Of a stretch of 64,000 bases of DNA, positions 30,739 to 46,149 are shown piece by piece (within the stretch, counting starts at the first letter, position 1; each line of letters begins with the position of its first letter). Origin of the DNA: the human T2T-CHM13v2.0 reference genome, Homo sapiens; assembly GCF_009914755.1 (NCBI RefSeq), contig NC_060925.1. One strand, 5' to 3'. Both the position numbers and the translations under genes were made by a program. The notes beneath the pieces are model-generated. The model searched no databases and was not told where the DNA came from. It saw only the letters and a program-made list of their open reading frames with translations.

Positions 30739-32872
30739 TTATACCTATTTAACAGACTTTGGTATCCCTTCTCCTATGAAATGTCTGATGTGTCTTTTGC
30801 CCATTTTAGGGAACCATTGTATTATTTTCTTATTGATTTTTAGGATTTTAAAAATAGTCTGGATATTAGTTTTGTTTGTATTATATATAGTACAAATATT
30901 TTCTGCTTATCTATCTCTTGACTTTCAGTTTTTTTACTGGATATTATAAAACAAAAAGTTATAATTTTGGCTTAGAATATTTTAAACATTTTATGGCATT
31001 TATTTTTTATCTTATATTTTCTTCCAATATTTTTGTGGATTTTTATACTTAGCTATTTAAATTTTTGTTTGTTTGTTTGATAATCATATACTTCTGTCTT
31101 CTTAAACCACAGTTACTTATGTCTATAACTTACCGGCGAGGATAAATATTTTTCATGCTTATTGACCACTAGTATCTTCTGTTTAGAATGAGCCATTCAT
31201 GCTGGTGTTTATATTCTCTTTGATATTTTTTAACTTTTACTGATTTATAAGAGAATTTTGATATAATAATTATATTGACCTTTTATCATATTTATTAACA
31301 ATTTTTTAACTTTTTCTTATATAGAATTTAATTTTATTTATAAGGTTCTTGAGGTAAAGTTTTAAAAAATGTTTGATAGTAATGTTTATTGTTCTTTATT
31401 CTCTCATTTCTTCTACTGTATTTACATTTAGAAAGGTGGTACCTACCTTAAGAGCAGTTAAGTATTCATCCTTATGTTTGTAGCATTTTAATGCATCCAT
31501 TATTGACATTTTTCCCTGTAACCTGTCTGAGATTCGTCATGGCACATGGTAGGAGGTGAGGCACTAACTTACAGAGCAGAGTATAGAGGCTAAGAGCATA
31601 GAATCTGCAAAGTCTAGTTCTGCCACTTGCCAGCCATATTAAGGCAAGTTCCTTAATATCTCTGTTTCTCTGTTTCCTCATTTGCAAAAGGAGAATGATT
31701 ATTGCATCTACCTCTTAGAGTTGTTGTGAAGATTAAACACATTAATTTACATAAGGCACTGTGTATTTTGTAACAACTCAGTTACTATGGGCTATTATTA
31801 TTTTATTCCAAAGGGGCTAATGTACAAATATAATCATATGAACAGTCCATACTATCACCATTGATTTGCAATACTTCTGTGATTGTATAATAATGTCAAC
31901 AATAATAGCATAATAATCATAGCAGTTCACATTCCTTTAAAGTTTACTCTATGGCTAGGTATTGCCTTGAATGTATTCCTTACATCCACTCATGCAGTTC
32001 TACAGCAACCCTGTGAAACAGGGTCCAGTAGTTTTCCTGTTTTATAAATGATGGTACTGAAGCTTAGAAAAGTTAAATAGTTTACCCTAGGTCATACAAT
32101 GGATAAGTGGCAGAATTCTGGCTTCAGTCCTGGTGAAGGATGAACTCTTAACCTAGAGTCCATATCTGGGTTATTTGTCTTATCCCTCCATCTGTTGATT
32201 TTTGTACAGTGACACACTTTTTAATTATTGCAGCAGTCTGTTTTAATAACTGCTAGGTTTTTCCTTTTATTATTCTTTTTTCAAAAATGAGTTTTGCTTT
32301 TGTAGATTACTTATTCTTTCAATTGAAGATTAAAATCTTGTCATATCCCAACTAGAGTTCTATTTGTTGATTGGGTATGTGTAAAGCTTACAAATTAATA
32401 TGAGATGAAGTCTCATTTTTTCACTTGCTGTTTTCCCATCCAAACAGTTACTTGTTCTGTTTATTATAATTTTCTGTTTTCCCCCTTAACTTAGGTAAAT
32501 TTATATATCTTGTTAAAATATAAAATAACTGGAAATACTCATGTTGTAATTTTAAATAGGATTTTTCAATTATATCTTCTAATTATTTATTGCTACATGA
32601 AAACCATTGATTTTTAAGCATTTATTTTGTATCACTGGAGTTTACTGGATTCTCTAGTAGTTTTAAAAATTCAATTATAATTTTTATTTCAACTGTGTAG
32701 TTACATCTTTTATTTCTATTTTCATATATTATTCCTTACAGAACAATATAAAATAGTACTGGATTTTCTAAGCTGCTTTTTACTTTAGTGGGAATTTTTT
32801 AGTCTTTTACCATCAGTTTTAATGTTGGATTTTTGTTTAAAATATATTTAGTATGATAAAGAAATAAATATG

Positions 32873-33165
<293 letters not shown>

Positions 33166-33167
33166 TT

Positions 33168-33322
33168 AGGTGGGTGGGAGGAGGGAGAGGATACCTAATG
33201 GGTACTAGGTTTAGTACCTAGGTGATGAAATAATCTATATAACAAACCCCCATGACACAAGTTTCCCTATGTAACAAACTTGCACATGTACCCCGGAACT
33301 TAAAAGTTTTTTTAAAAAAAGA
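33168..33322 (+). mobile_element. Old L1PA 3'-UTR end fragment
   Basis: GGTGATGAAATAATCT...ACAAACCCCCATGACACAAGTTT...GCACATGTACCCC followed by an A-rich tail. Confidence 0.75.
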
Positions 33323-33565
33323 AATTTTCAAAAAAAGTAAATTCTTCTATTCCTCTGTATCTGAGATTCTCCATCAAAAATGGGCATTGAATTTCATTGA
33401 AGTGATTATGGTCTTACATATTGAATAAATTATGTAATTTGTTATATTGATATACTTAGAAAACATTCTTGCTTTTATTCTATAAGACTTATTTGGTTAT
33501 TGGGAGTGATTGTTTGCCATTGAACGAATTTTCTTATTATTCAATTTAAGGTAACATTATTCTTT

Positions 33566-33876
<311 letters not shown>

Positions 33877-34237
33877 GGTAACATTATTCTTTATAAAAAA
33901 ATAATGAATATGCACTACTATTAAAATCCCTGTTGAAAGAGAAATGCCACCAAAATTAGGGAGAAAAAAATACTGTGTACTTTATTCCTGCATATCTCAA
34001 TTTGCTAAATAAAACAAGAGGCTGGTTCATCTGTTGGGAGTGAGGGGAGTAGGACTTACATGGACATCTTAAGAAGATGGTGAAACTCAATATAGTTACT
34101 AAGTGGAATGTGGAAAAAAAAAAGTAAAAGGGCTTTCAGCTGTTGGCCAGCTGGGAGAATCACCATCAGTTCACAGGCTGAGACTGCTGCACAGGGATGT
34201 CAATTTCTTCTCTTATTATCCGGCGAGAACTCTGGAT

Positions 34238-34370
34238 CTTTCAATTTAGCCATTTAAGGGTTTAGCAAAAGACTAATTATAAAACCTCATTGACTATAAA
34301 GGTGTCACGAGATCTTTTGTTAGTGATGATGTCCATATTGCAGACCAGAATGTTCTTTTGGAAGGATGCC
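34238..34370 (+). repeat. Copy 1 of a ~133-bp dispersed direct duplication
   Basis: ~92% identical to 38550-38683 by manual alignment (9 substitutions, 1 indel). Confidence 0.9.
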
Positions 34371-37300
34371 ACTAGTTCATTATCACAGTGAAAATCAGAG
34401 TAAATAGATGAGACATTCTTGTATATATTTCCAATAGTGCTCTTTTGTTATTTTTGTTCATTGCTTCTCATACTGAAATTAAATCCTCTGAAAATAAATA
34501 TGTCCCAAATTCACCATGACCAAGGCAAATTTCAGTTTCTGTCCCCAAAGCACGAATCTTTTCACATTCAGTGCAATAACATTACAGAATTTTTCCTGAG
34601 TCAGAATATTCCACAAAATATGAGACATCTTTACATTCTTAAGGTATTTCAAGGAGTCCTGTATTATGTATTCATAAAAAAGAAAGCTTATGTTGATCAG
34701 AGCAGTCAGGCAGGAGGTACCCGGTGGTTAACCTTCTGGTCTCCATTCTCACTCAGGACTCTGCTGTATCTTAAGTCTCGGTGTCAAGGTACCTAAATGC
34801 CAGGGCATATCAGGACATTTTATCATAAATTTTAAAATTTTGTTTTGTAATTGGATAATCCTATTCGAGAACAATCTTACTTTTTTTTCCTCCTCAGATA
34901 TGTATATGTCTTCTAATCTTAGGGTCTCAGATTTATCATATAGTAGCTCTACATGTCAGTTCAAAATTCCATTTGCCATAAATCCCCCACCCCCTAGTGA
35001 AGTCCCTCCTTTTCTTTTTTCCCTCAGACATTTGCAATGACCAAGTCTCTTATAGCTTCTGTGGAACCATTTTTACTTTCCCTTGGGAGTAATTTGCATG
35101 GTACAGCAAGATTGTGATTTAATTGGAGTAGTCTTAGTAGCTTGAAAGAGTTAATGCAGGTCTCAGATGTATCTGAATAATTCTGGAAAGAGCAAAATGG
35201 TTTATTTGCCTAGCAATATATATTTTCTAATTATGTAAGTGCAGAAAATAAGTAAAATTTAAGAGATAATCTCTTGAAAAAATGTAAACATGTGGAGCAT
35301 TCACTAATTAGGGAATGAAATGTCTTACTCCCAAAGTTACTATGAAATTTCTTTGACTCAGCAACCAATCCATTCCCCACCCCAGGGAATTCCATCAGGC
35401 TGAATTATATGGGATGAATGTTCCCTATCCAGGAAATGAGTGCCCTGGTTTTATAATTGAACCTCAGTTCCTTGAAGCTTTGCACTGTACACTTGCCTTA
35501 CCAAATAATTGGCTGAAGTTTTTGTCCTGATTCTTGGTAAGGTTATTTACACACTTAGCCTGTGATGGATGGCCCCTGTGGGCAGATTATTAGCTGTACT
35601 ACCATTTGTATTGCCTGGATGGAGAACTACTTTGGAAATGGTGAACAAAAATAAAATAAGCTTGGGAAATAAAAATATTAATACTAAATATAGTCATCAT
35701 AATTTAAACAATTTCTAATGCCTATAATTATTATTTGTTTGCACTATAATATGAATTCTTTATGGAGTTTTGCCATCTCCAGCCCCTTTTCTAAGTTTTA
35801 ATTTGAGTCTCAATTGACTTTTGTCTTTTATAAGAAAGTACGATTATAACAAAAACCTTAGTTTAATATCGAGTCATTTTATTGTTTCCTTACCTAGTCT
35901 ACTAAAACTGATTTTCTTAATAAAGCTATGGAATTTTTAGCATATATATTTTATTCTCTTCAAACATCTCTTTCTTTTCCAGCAACTCTGTTCTTCCTGT
36001 TGACCTGCTGTAAAAAGTGGAGGAGGAAAAGGGAAAAGGAGGATTTGTTTTTGGGAACTCAACTATCTATAAATGACTTCCTCTTGTTTGGTACATCCAC
36101 TTGCAGCATTTCATTTTCAAATGCCTGGTCGCAGGATCCATGTCCTGGAGGAAGGAACCATGTCATCCTTCACTCATCCTGTGCACATAGCCTGACCACT
36201 GCTCCAAATATTATCTCCTATAACTTCTGGCATTTCTTGTGCGTCTCCTCTTCCTGGAGTTCATAATTCATGTCACTGATTTCCGGTGCATGCAGAGTCA
36301 GGTTTTAGAAATATGAGACAATTTTAAAATTACAGATGCAAAGCCTCGCTGTTTGAGCCAACATCTGCAACTAGTTTACGGGATTAACAAAATAGCTGCT
36401 CTGGATGACTGATATTTACCAGGGCCTCTCCATTTCCCATCAGAAATCAGAATGCCTGTTACTTATATGTTCTTTAGTTTTCAATGGAAATCAGGAATTC
36501 ATCTGTTACATACTTTACTTTATTAAGTTTCCTCCTGGAGTATCTTGAGTTACAGCCAATTTTCAGTTAGCCATCATTAAGCAGCTTGGGAAGAATATGG
36601 GTAATTAAAATCCACAAATAATTAAAAGACTGACTTTAACCAGGAGCTCCAACACTCTACCCTGAGACATTCTGCTGAAATTACAAACAAGTCAAACAGT
36701 TAATGTGTTGTTCTTTGTTTTGTTTTGGTGCAAACAAAAAAAATTCTGAACCTGTTACTCCTCAGCTTTCAACCATTCAGAAATACTCCTTTACATATAA
36801 GATAAAGTTCTAACATTCATTATTCATTCCCTCTTTTCTCCCTGTTCCTTCTCTTGCCCCTGACACTCCTGAATTCTGTGTTCCAGGTCTCCAGTCAGCT
36901 TCAATAGCTCAGGCTCTTTCTCTGTTCTTCTTTTCCATTATTGCCAAAACATCATTTCATTTATCAGTTTAAATAGCACTTTCTTAGGAGTACTTTTCCG
37001 GACTTCTACACTATTTTCAGTCCTCAACTGCATGTTCCCATAGAAATACATACTCCTCTCACCACAGTTTTGTATATCTACTTGTTTAATGTCCATCTCC
37101 CCAATTTGACTATATGCTCAGTTAGATCAGGGACAGTAGTTGCCATTTTCACTGCCATATTCTGTGTGTCTAACATAGAATCCGCTTATAAATATCCAAC
37201 AAGTAACTGTTGAATGAAAGAATTAAATATTTTAAAATCTGGAATTAAATCACCAGCTACATAAATGTTCTATAAAATAATGACTCAAACTGTGACATTA

Positions 37301-37469
37301 ACATCCAAAAGGGAGACTCTAAAATATATTAAAGCTGCTTATTAATTTTGGACATTACTTTCTGTCATTCAAAGGAAAAAAGGTATTTTAAATTTAATTG
37401 TCATTGCAGGTGTGACTATTTCAGTTTTCCATCTAAATAAATATGTCACCACAACAATTGTTACATGTA

Positions 37470-37773
37470 GGTTGGGTGCAGTTGCTCATGCCTGTAATCC
37501 TAGCACTTTGAAAGGGTGAGGCAGGTGGATTGCTTGAGCCCAGGAGTTGGAGACAAGCCTGGGCAACATGACAAAATCCTGTCTCTACGAAAGATACAAA
37601 AATTAGCTGGACAAGGTGGCATGCGCCTTTAGTGTCAGCTACTCAGGAGGCTAATGTGGAAGGATCCCCTGAGCCGGGGAGATCGAGGTTGCAGTAAGCT
37701 GAAATTGTGCCAGGGCACTCCAGCCTGAGTGACAGAATGAGACCTTGTCTCAAAAAAATAAAATTAAATTAAA
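37470..37773 (+). mobile_element. AluJ
   Basis: Diverged dimer with GGATTGCTTGAGCCCAGGAG; degraded TSD TAC(A/G)TGTAG. Confidence 0.88.
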
Positions 37774-38549
37774 TACGTGTAGCTCTGAAATATGATTCTG
37801 AACATAGTAAATTCTAATCTAATAAAGAAACTGATTTAAGCTTGATTAACAATTAGAGCAAACCACTGAATTATGACTTATATTAAAACCCTAGCAGATG
37901 CTATTGTTGCTTTAGATGGGAGAGATTTTCCTTTATCATCCTTGACCTCCCAGACATTGTGACAATACAATAAGACTGCTACATGTTTACAGTAGCCCTT
38001 GGTGTTGATATTGCCCTTGATTTAGAACCATGGTACCAATAATTTATTGACTAATCTGTGATCTAGGGAAGGTATAAGTATTTGGTATTCCAAAGGAGTA
38101 TAAAGCACAGTTGATCTCTACTTGATAATAATATCAGCCCTTCACTGATGCCAGACATTCTATTGAGTACTTTATATACATTCATCTCACTTAGTATTTA
38201 CAAAATCTATTTGAATTTAGGATTATTAGTTCCAATTCTTAGTTGACAATAAATGAGGCTTGGCTATATTAAGTAAGTTGCCTAAGTTCACATAGCTAGT
38301 AAATGGCAGAACTGACCTAAAAGCCCAGAAAGTCTATGCTTTGAACGAATAAGCTGTAATCTTATTGGGAAAATGGGAGCACAGCAAACACAGTGGCGAG
38401 TAATTCAAAACAAGGTGATGTAAGTGCTAAACTCAGATAGTGAACAGAGTAGATAGAAGAAAGAGAGCCACATGGGCTACCAGAGCTTCTTTATTTGTTA
38501 AAATAGTATAATAGATGGACTCCTTTTTTTTTTTAATCTTAGAATGTTA

Positions 38550-38683
38550 CTTTCAATTTAGCCATTTAAGGGTTTTGCAAAGGACAAATTATAAAACTTC
38601 ATTGACTACAAAGGTGTCACGAGATCTTTTGTTGGTGATGATGTCCATATTGCATACCAGAAGATTCTTTTGGAAGGATTGCC
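38550..38683 (+). repeat. Copy 2 of the ~133-bp dispersed direct duplication
   Basis: See 34238-34370. Confidence 0.9.
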
Positions 38684-38749
38684 CAGAAACTGCTCTACGT
38701 ATTTATACTTCTACCTGTCATTCTCTGGAATATTTGATATTTTAATAAT

Positions 38750-39180
38750 CATAATAATAGCTATAATTTATTGCATGGGTGTTTTATATCAGGCAGTGTG
38801 TTAGGTGCTTTGTTCTTCAAAATAACCTTGCAGAGCATATACTCTTATCTTCATTTCGATGGATAATAATAAAAATAGCTGATATGATTAAGCATTTCTT
38901 ACATACCAGCCTTGTGGTAAGCACTTGACATTCATTATTTTCCTTAATCTTCACAACGACCTTATGGTCTAGGTAGCAACGGTTTCATGACTGAGGTAAC
39001 TGGGGCACAGAGAGGTTGGATAACTTGTCTGGGGTGACACATGTAGTATGTGGTAGAGCTAGGATTTAAACTCATGAAGTCCAGCACCAGAGCTGGGGCT
39101 CACAATTGTTTGCTTCCACTCTGGTTTCTCCAAGGCCACGTGACTAATATGGTGGAGCTAGGGATCAACTACAAAGTCTT
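38750..39180 (-). mobile_element. MIR fragments
   Basis: AATCTTCACAACGACCTTATG, GAGGTAACTGGGGCACAGAGAGGTT and GGTAGAGCTAGGATTTAAAC motifs. Confidence 0.65.
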
Positions 39181-40124
39181 GGCCCTTTCCACTCATTGGT
39201 ACTCTTTTGACTCTTAAATCTGAGTGATTCTTTCATCACAGTGACCCTGGCCCTGAACCTCTTCAGTCTTTCCATTTTCCAGTATGTGCCATTCCTGAAA
39301 ACATAACCAATTCCTGAATGTCAAAGGAATTGCTTTTTTTCCAGTGATAAAAATCTGTAGTGATATCTGTCTTTTTATCCCTGAAAACAGAGGGGAGAAT
39401 TTAATAGCATAGGCCTGGAGCTTGAGATGAGTTTGGGGCCCCACTTGCCACTTGTAAGCTGAATCATTCACATCATAAGGTTGAGTCGCTCTATGCCTCA
39501 CAGTGTTCAAAGATAAAAGAGGAAGAGCAGTGTGAATCTCATAGGGTTGTTGAGAAGATTAGTGAGACATCCATGTAAAGTGCACACTGCTTATAGTAAA
39601 TATTCATTAAGGGTTAGCAACCATTTTTATTATTGCAATTAATAAAGTTGTCCTTTTGAATTCTCAGAATTGTACCAGTAAACTTTAACTTAACCAGTAG
39701 TTCTCATGGCTCCTCTAATTTAATAACGTTAGCAGTTTAAAGTAGTCCTCAGGGTTATAATTAATGCCTTATTTATTTACTGAATGTGGGGTATTTACTG
39801 AAAGTATAGTTTGATGATTAAAGGTAAATAGGGTTTCCTTAGTGAAAGATTTGTCTTGATGAGATAAGAAAGTCAAATTGGAAAGAAGTAAAAAATTATA
39901 TTCAGAAAATAAACTCCAAGAATGACCACTGTTATTTTAAATTTTATCTTGGTAACGTTAACATTCCTTAACTTCCTGCTATGTGTGAGGCCCTGTTCTA
40001 TGGATTCCCTCATTTAATTTTCACCACAATTCTATAAGGGGATATACTATTATTAGCTCTTTCTGCCACTCCCCCACTTTTTTACAATTGAGGAACAGAT
40101 GTACTCAAAGAAACTCAGGAAGTC

Positions 40125-40362
<238 letters not shown>

Positions 40363-41949
40363 AACTCAGGAAGTCCATGTTTTCTTAACGTAAATTTTTA
40401 CTTTCCTGGCATCAAAAATTGGTCTTGACAAAAGTGCCCAAAGCGTTTACACAAAATTTTACAGCACATCCTGCATCGTGTGGCATCAGCTGTGAGTTAT
40501 CCCTTTTGTGTTGTCAATCACATTTTAATTCCCTGATAGGCCAATCTCAATCACAAATTTATTGTGAGTGTCTTTTCTTCTTAAATAATCTGATGCAAAG
40601 AGGCAAATAATACTGCCTACTGCCTAGAAAAGGGATTTTGACATTATTTCCTGATTTAATTTCCTATGTATTGAATCGATGCCAGACACTCTTCTGGGGG
40701 TGGGGTGGTAAATAAGACAGATTAAGTTCTCACTCTCTCATGAAGCTTATATTTTAGTGGTGGAAAAGATAGAAAATGAACAACAAAAAGACAAATGAGC
40801 AAGAAGAAATTGTACATATTTTCAGTGTAGAGAATTAAAATTGGTTGCTATGAGGAAAAGTGAAGATGGAGGGGCAGTGTGGAGAGAGGTAATAGGAGAA
40901 CCTCTCTGAAGAGGGATGGTATAAGGTGAGTTCTGCATGACAAGTCGTGGCTAACCATGCAAAGGTCAGAAGGTAGAGTCTTGCCAGAAGGTACAGCAAG
41001 GACTAGAAAGAACTTGCATGTTGTAGAAACCAAAAGATAGCCAGTGCGGCTGAAACATGTGGCAAAGAGTGGAAAGAGATTAGGCTGGGTGTTCTAAGAC
41101 ACTTTCTGTTTTTAGTGTGGATATTGAGATGTAGGTGATCACTTCTACCTGTTTCGTACTCTTCATAAAGGTTCTTCCATTACAGAATCTCTAAGACTCT
41201 ATATACTTATGTACCTGCCCTACCCAGCAATTTGGCAAGAGTACAAAGGAAATAAGGTATCCCAATTTATCTAATGAATGAGATCCTTTCCTCTTCCATG
41301 CACTTGTGCCTTTTGTTCCCTGTACTAACACTTACTTATATAATGCTATATTCTGGAGTAATGGTTACAAGTACTGTTTAGTGCTCTGTGCATTCTCATT
41401 TGTCCTCCAACAGTAGGTACTACTATCCTCATTTATGGATGGGAAGATTGAGGCTCCGAGAGGTTAAGGATCATGCTCTAGAGGGATGGAGCTGGGTGTA
41501 GATGACCCTGGAGACTTGCTACCTCCTTAGGAGTGTTGCTTATTTTACAGTATGCATAAGTTTTATGCCACATGTGAGGCTACGGGCATCTTGAAGTCAG
41601 TCCAAAATTTTATCTTTTATAATCTTCATGCCATGTACTATCTAGTAACTATGATAAAGATGTTAAAAATGTTGTTGGCAGGATGAAAATATTTGATTAA
41701 GAAATGACACTAAAATTATCCCCATCAAAATTATCTTCATCTTCTCAAGAGAATATACCAAGGAAAGAAACAGATTGTTTACCTTACATTTGTATCCATA
41801 TGAAACATACAGTCTTTTCATTGTCTGGGAGTCTGTCCACACCACAGTAACAAAAAAAGTGCAGGTTGTATATTTGGTGCTGGAGATAGAAAGGTGTTAG
41901 ATAATATTCCTGTCCTCCAAGGGCATGGCATCTAGTCCTGCAGAGAGCT

Positions 41950-42755
41950 CTCATTCCTTTTTTCCCCTCTCATACCACATCTCCTTTCCAATAGCAAATC
42001 CTGTCATCTGGAATCTGACCACTTCTCTCTCTGCCCATTACCACCACCCTGCTCAAAGCTCCATCATCTCTCACCTGGGTTATTGGCCTCCCTCCTGCTT
42101 CTCCTCTTTCTCTTGTGAGTCTCTCCCCTCAGCAGCCAGAAAGCATTCTTTAAAACAGTGAGATCATATTACTTCCCTGTTCAAAACCCTCTAGTGATTT
42201 CCATCCTACTGAGAATCAAATCTAAAGGTCTCCAATGACTGTTAAGGTCTATGGGATCCGTCTCCTCCAGCCTCTCTGATCCAAGTTCCTAAGGCTCCTC
42301 CCCCTCTCGCTCACTGGGATCAGGCAATTGGCTTCCTTGGTGTTCCTGCCTCAGGACTTTTGTACTTATTCACTGTTCCCTCTTCCCGGAATTCATTCCC
42401 CTCCTCCATCCTGTTACACCAACACAATCCACATGCTCTTTAAATTCCTTCAGGTCTCTGCTGAAATGTTATTTTATTGAAGAGGCCTTTCCTGATTAAG
42501 TGAAAAACATCATTTTCTCTCCAACATAAACCAAGAGCATGCATTATCTCACTTAGATTGCTTCGTTTTTTCACAGTATTTATCATCTCCAGATATATAA
42601 TTATATGGTTATTGTCTATTGCTGAACTCTAACCACAACTCTACCCCAACTGGAGAATATAGGTTCTAGTGCCTAGAATAAAAAAAAAATAGGTACTCAA
42701 TTAACGTAGTAAGTATTCAATAACCATCTATTCAACGGATGGATGGATGGATGGA
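41950..42755 (+). mobile_element. L2 3' fragment ending in (GGAT)n
   Basis: CCATCATCTCTCACCTGGGTTATT, TCAAAACCCTCTAGTG, GAGGCCTTTCCTGA and TAGGTACTCAAT motifs. Confidence 0.65.
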
Positions 42756-43344
42756 TCTTCTATCTCTGGCTAATATTTAGACTCAGCTTATCTTTGGCTC
42801 TAAAAAGGTAGCACTTGCTATGTAAATAGTGTTCTGATAATATTAATGAAATATCAGTTCTTTCTTGTTGGATTGTGTATATCAGAAGCTGTAGGAAGAA
42901 GCATACCTACATGCATCTTCCCCTTTTTCAATTTGTGTCATTATCTTGTTCTTGTATTGTGCTGCCTGTGGATGGCATTCTGTCTGGATGGATGTGTCTT
43001 TTTCACACACATATGATCATTCTAAAGAGACCCCACAGGAGGTTCTCACATGCCTGCTCTTTGCTTCCCTTGTTCACTGACTTCTGCACTCATCATCCCC
43101 CTATTTCCTTGCACTGCTGTAGACCTGGTTGTTTTCTGAGACAGTCCCTATCCAGTATTCTTTTCTCACATTCCACATTTGGTGCGAATCCAAAGCCAGT
43201 CCAGCATGGAGTGGACAGGTGGTGTTGGGGAGGGGGAACAGGGAAAGGCAGAGGAGAAGCAAAGCTCCAATGGAGATTCCCTTCTTTCTCCCATAGCTGA
43301 GGACCCTGTATTCTCAAGGGTAGCCACCTCAGCTCTATGAACCA

Positions 43345-43605
43345 ACTGTTTTTGGAAGTACATCTGGAACACTTTGGGATATTAAAATAGGGCTTTGTGG
43401 TCAAACTTGGAGTTGGTAAGCAAAGTTAAAAGGTGTGTTTATCTTGATACTTCTCAGCATTTTTAATAGAAGAATGTGCATTGTGTACGTGAGAGAAGAC
43501 CGTATGGTATTGCAGGAATTTCATAACTTTTTTAGTCATGAAAACTTTTTTCATGGAATGTCTCTCTTAAATAGCATTTCTTAGAACGTACTTTGAGAAA
43601 CCCTG
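43345..43605. mobile_element. MER103-like hAT fossil
   Basis: GGAACACTTTGGGATATTAA ... TTTTTTCATGGAATGTCTC ... ACTTTGAGAAACCCTG. Confidence 0.5.
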
Positions 43606-43640
43606 CCTCAACCCCATCAGTTACTTAAAAGTCTTCACTG

Positions 43641-43963
<323 letters not shown>

Positions 43964-44035
43964 CTATTTTAGAATACCAGAATGGCGGCATTTTTTTTTA
44001 AAATGTGCATGGCTCTTATATTTAGTCTTTGTGAC

Positions 44036-44388
44036 TGATATGGTTTGACTGTGTCTCCATGCAAATCTCACCCTGAATTGTATCTCTCAGAATTCCCACG
44101 TGTGGTGGGAGGGACCCAGGGGGAGGTAATTGAATCATTGGGGCCAGTCTTTCCCGTCCTATTCTCATGATAGTGAGTAAGTCTCTCAAAATCTGATGGG
44201 TTTATCAGGGGTTTCTGCTTTTGCTTCTTCCTCATTTTTTTCTCGCAGCCACCGTGTAAGAAGTGCCTTTCATCTCCCACCATGATTCTGAGGCCTTCCC
44301 AGCCATGTGGAACTGTAAGTCCATTTAAACCTCTTTTTCGTCCTAGTCTTAGGTATGTTTTTATCAGCAGTGTGAAAATGGACTAATA
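44036..44388 (+). mobile_element. THE1 (THE1A-like) MaLR solo LTR
   Basis: TGATATGGTTTG start, GAAAATGGACTAATA end; near-TSD GTGAC/GTGAA. Confidence 0.9.
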
Positions 44389-45702
44389 GTGAATCAGGGT
44401 CCCACAAGTATCATCTTTAATCTTTCTCTGAAAGCTGAATTGTATTGGAAGTGGAGAGAGGAGAAAGAGGTTGTTTTTAGGAATGAGCTCTTTTATTTTG
44501 ACCCCTAGTAATTACTAGCAGGTAAATCCTTAGAAGCACTGAAAAAGGTAGTGATACATAAGGGCAAGTTAGAAGTTGTGAAGTGTGTTCTCTTGCTTGG
44601 TAGGAAGAAAGACAACTGGGTCATACATAAGAGATTGTGGCACTGAACAGGGGAGTTGGTAAGCCACTCCTCGGGACCTCAAGACTAAAGTGCACAGGGC
44701 TAACCAAACTGACAGGAAAGTATGTTTGTGGTTTGCACAAGGTGAAAGCCCCAGTTACCCACAGCTATGTGCTTAATGGTGTCTATATCCTCACATCCTG
44801 CACTGCCAAAATCCACAGAACAATCAAAGGTGAGGAAGGAAGGTCCTTGATTCCTTCACATTGGAAGAGATTTAAAACTAGGATTCCACATTAGATACAT
44901 GCATGCATTTTTCCCTAGAACATTAGTATTTATGGTAGTGGGTTCTCTATGAAGGATTGGCTACTAACACTTATTTAATACCTGAGTGTGTGAGCATCTC
45001 CTTAGTAATACTATTGGTACTCTTTTTCAGAGGTATGATAGGGTAAATAAATTTTTCTAGAATGTCTTAGGAACCCAAAACCTTAAAATTTGTCAGCCAT
45101 TCTCATTACTTGACATTGACAAATTGCTCTATAGCTTTAATTTGAATGATTGAATGATAGCACATCTTGTTGCTTCCCTTTAGGGATCAAAATTTCCAGG
45201 AAGTCTTTTAAAACTGATTCTCTGTTTGATATGTTTTCTTCATTGGCCAATTCTTGTTTTGTTTTGTTTTTTCTTCTTTTGCAATTTTGGAAGATTTTTT
45301 TTTTCTGCATCTGGAAGATGCTGAGAAAGTATTGATTCACCATATGAAATCAGACTTACATGGGAAAATTTCACCTCTGTCACCCACCCGTTCCACTCTC
45401 GAGCTCCCCATCTCCATCAAGCCACAGCAACAACTCTTAGTGACGTTTCCCAGCCAGCAGGCATCAGGAGAGCCAGAGTGGTTTTTCTCATATTTAATGC
45501 TTTCAAACCAGTCACAGCTGGCTGCTCCTGCAAGTGCCCATCTCTCATCAGAGATGCTGAAGCTCCTCTCTGAGTCCCTCAATCCTCCCCTCTGTCCAGA
45601 GATTAAAGACAAAGGCCTGGCACAGAAGGGAGCCTTTGGTACCCTGCTTTAGCACTGTGACCCCATCACCTTTGGGGATTGGTCAGGCTGATGTCATACT
45701 AG

Positions 45703-46024
<322 letters not shown>

Positions 46025-46092
46025 TAATATTCTCTCTTCAGTAACCTTAAAACCAGTGAAAAAAATTTTACGTTTGACCTTACAGTGGCATT

Positions 46093-46105
46093 TGACCTTT
46101 GACCT
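46093..46105 (-). promoter_or_regulatory. Perfect DR1 nuclear-receptor motif (AGGTCA-A-AGGTCA on the minus strand)
   Basis: TGACCTTTGACCT read directly; function untested. Confidence 0.3.
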
Positions 46106-46149
46106 TTCAATCTTTTCACCTTTACGTTTGATCTTTCAATCCTTTCGCC

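Noticed and set aside
34321-34375. Possible box C/D snoRNA (GTGATGA with TAGTG/CACTA ends) in the duplicated segment
   Set aside because: No terminal CTGA D box, too short, and the stem is not kept in the second copy
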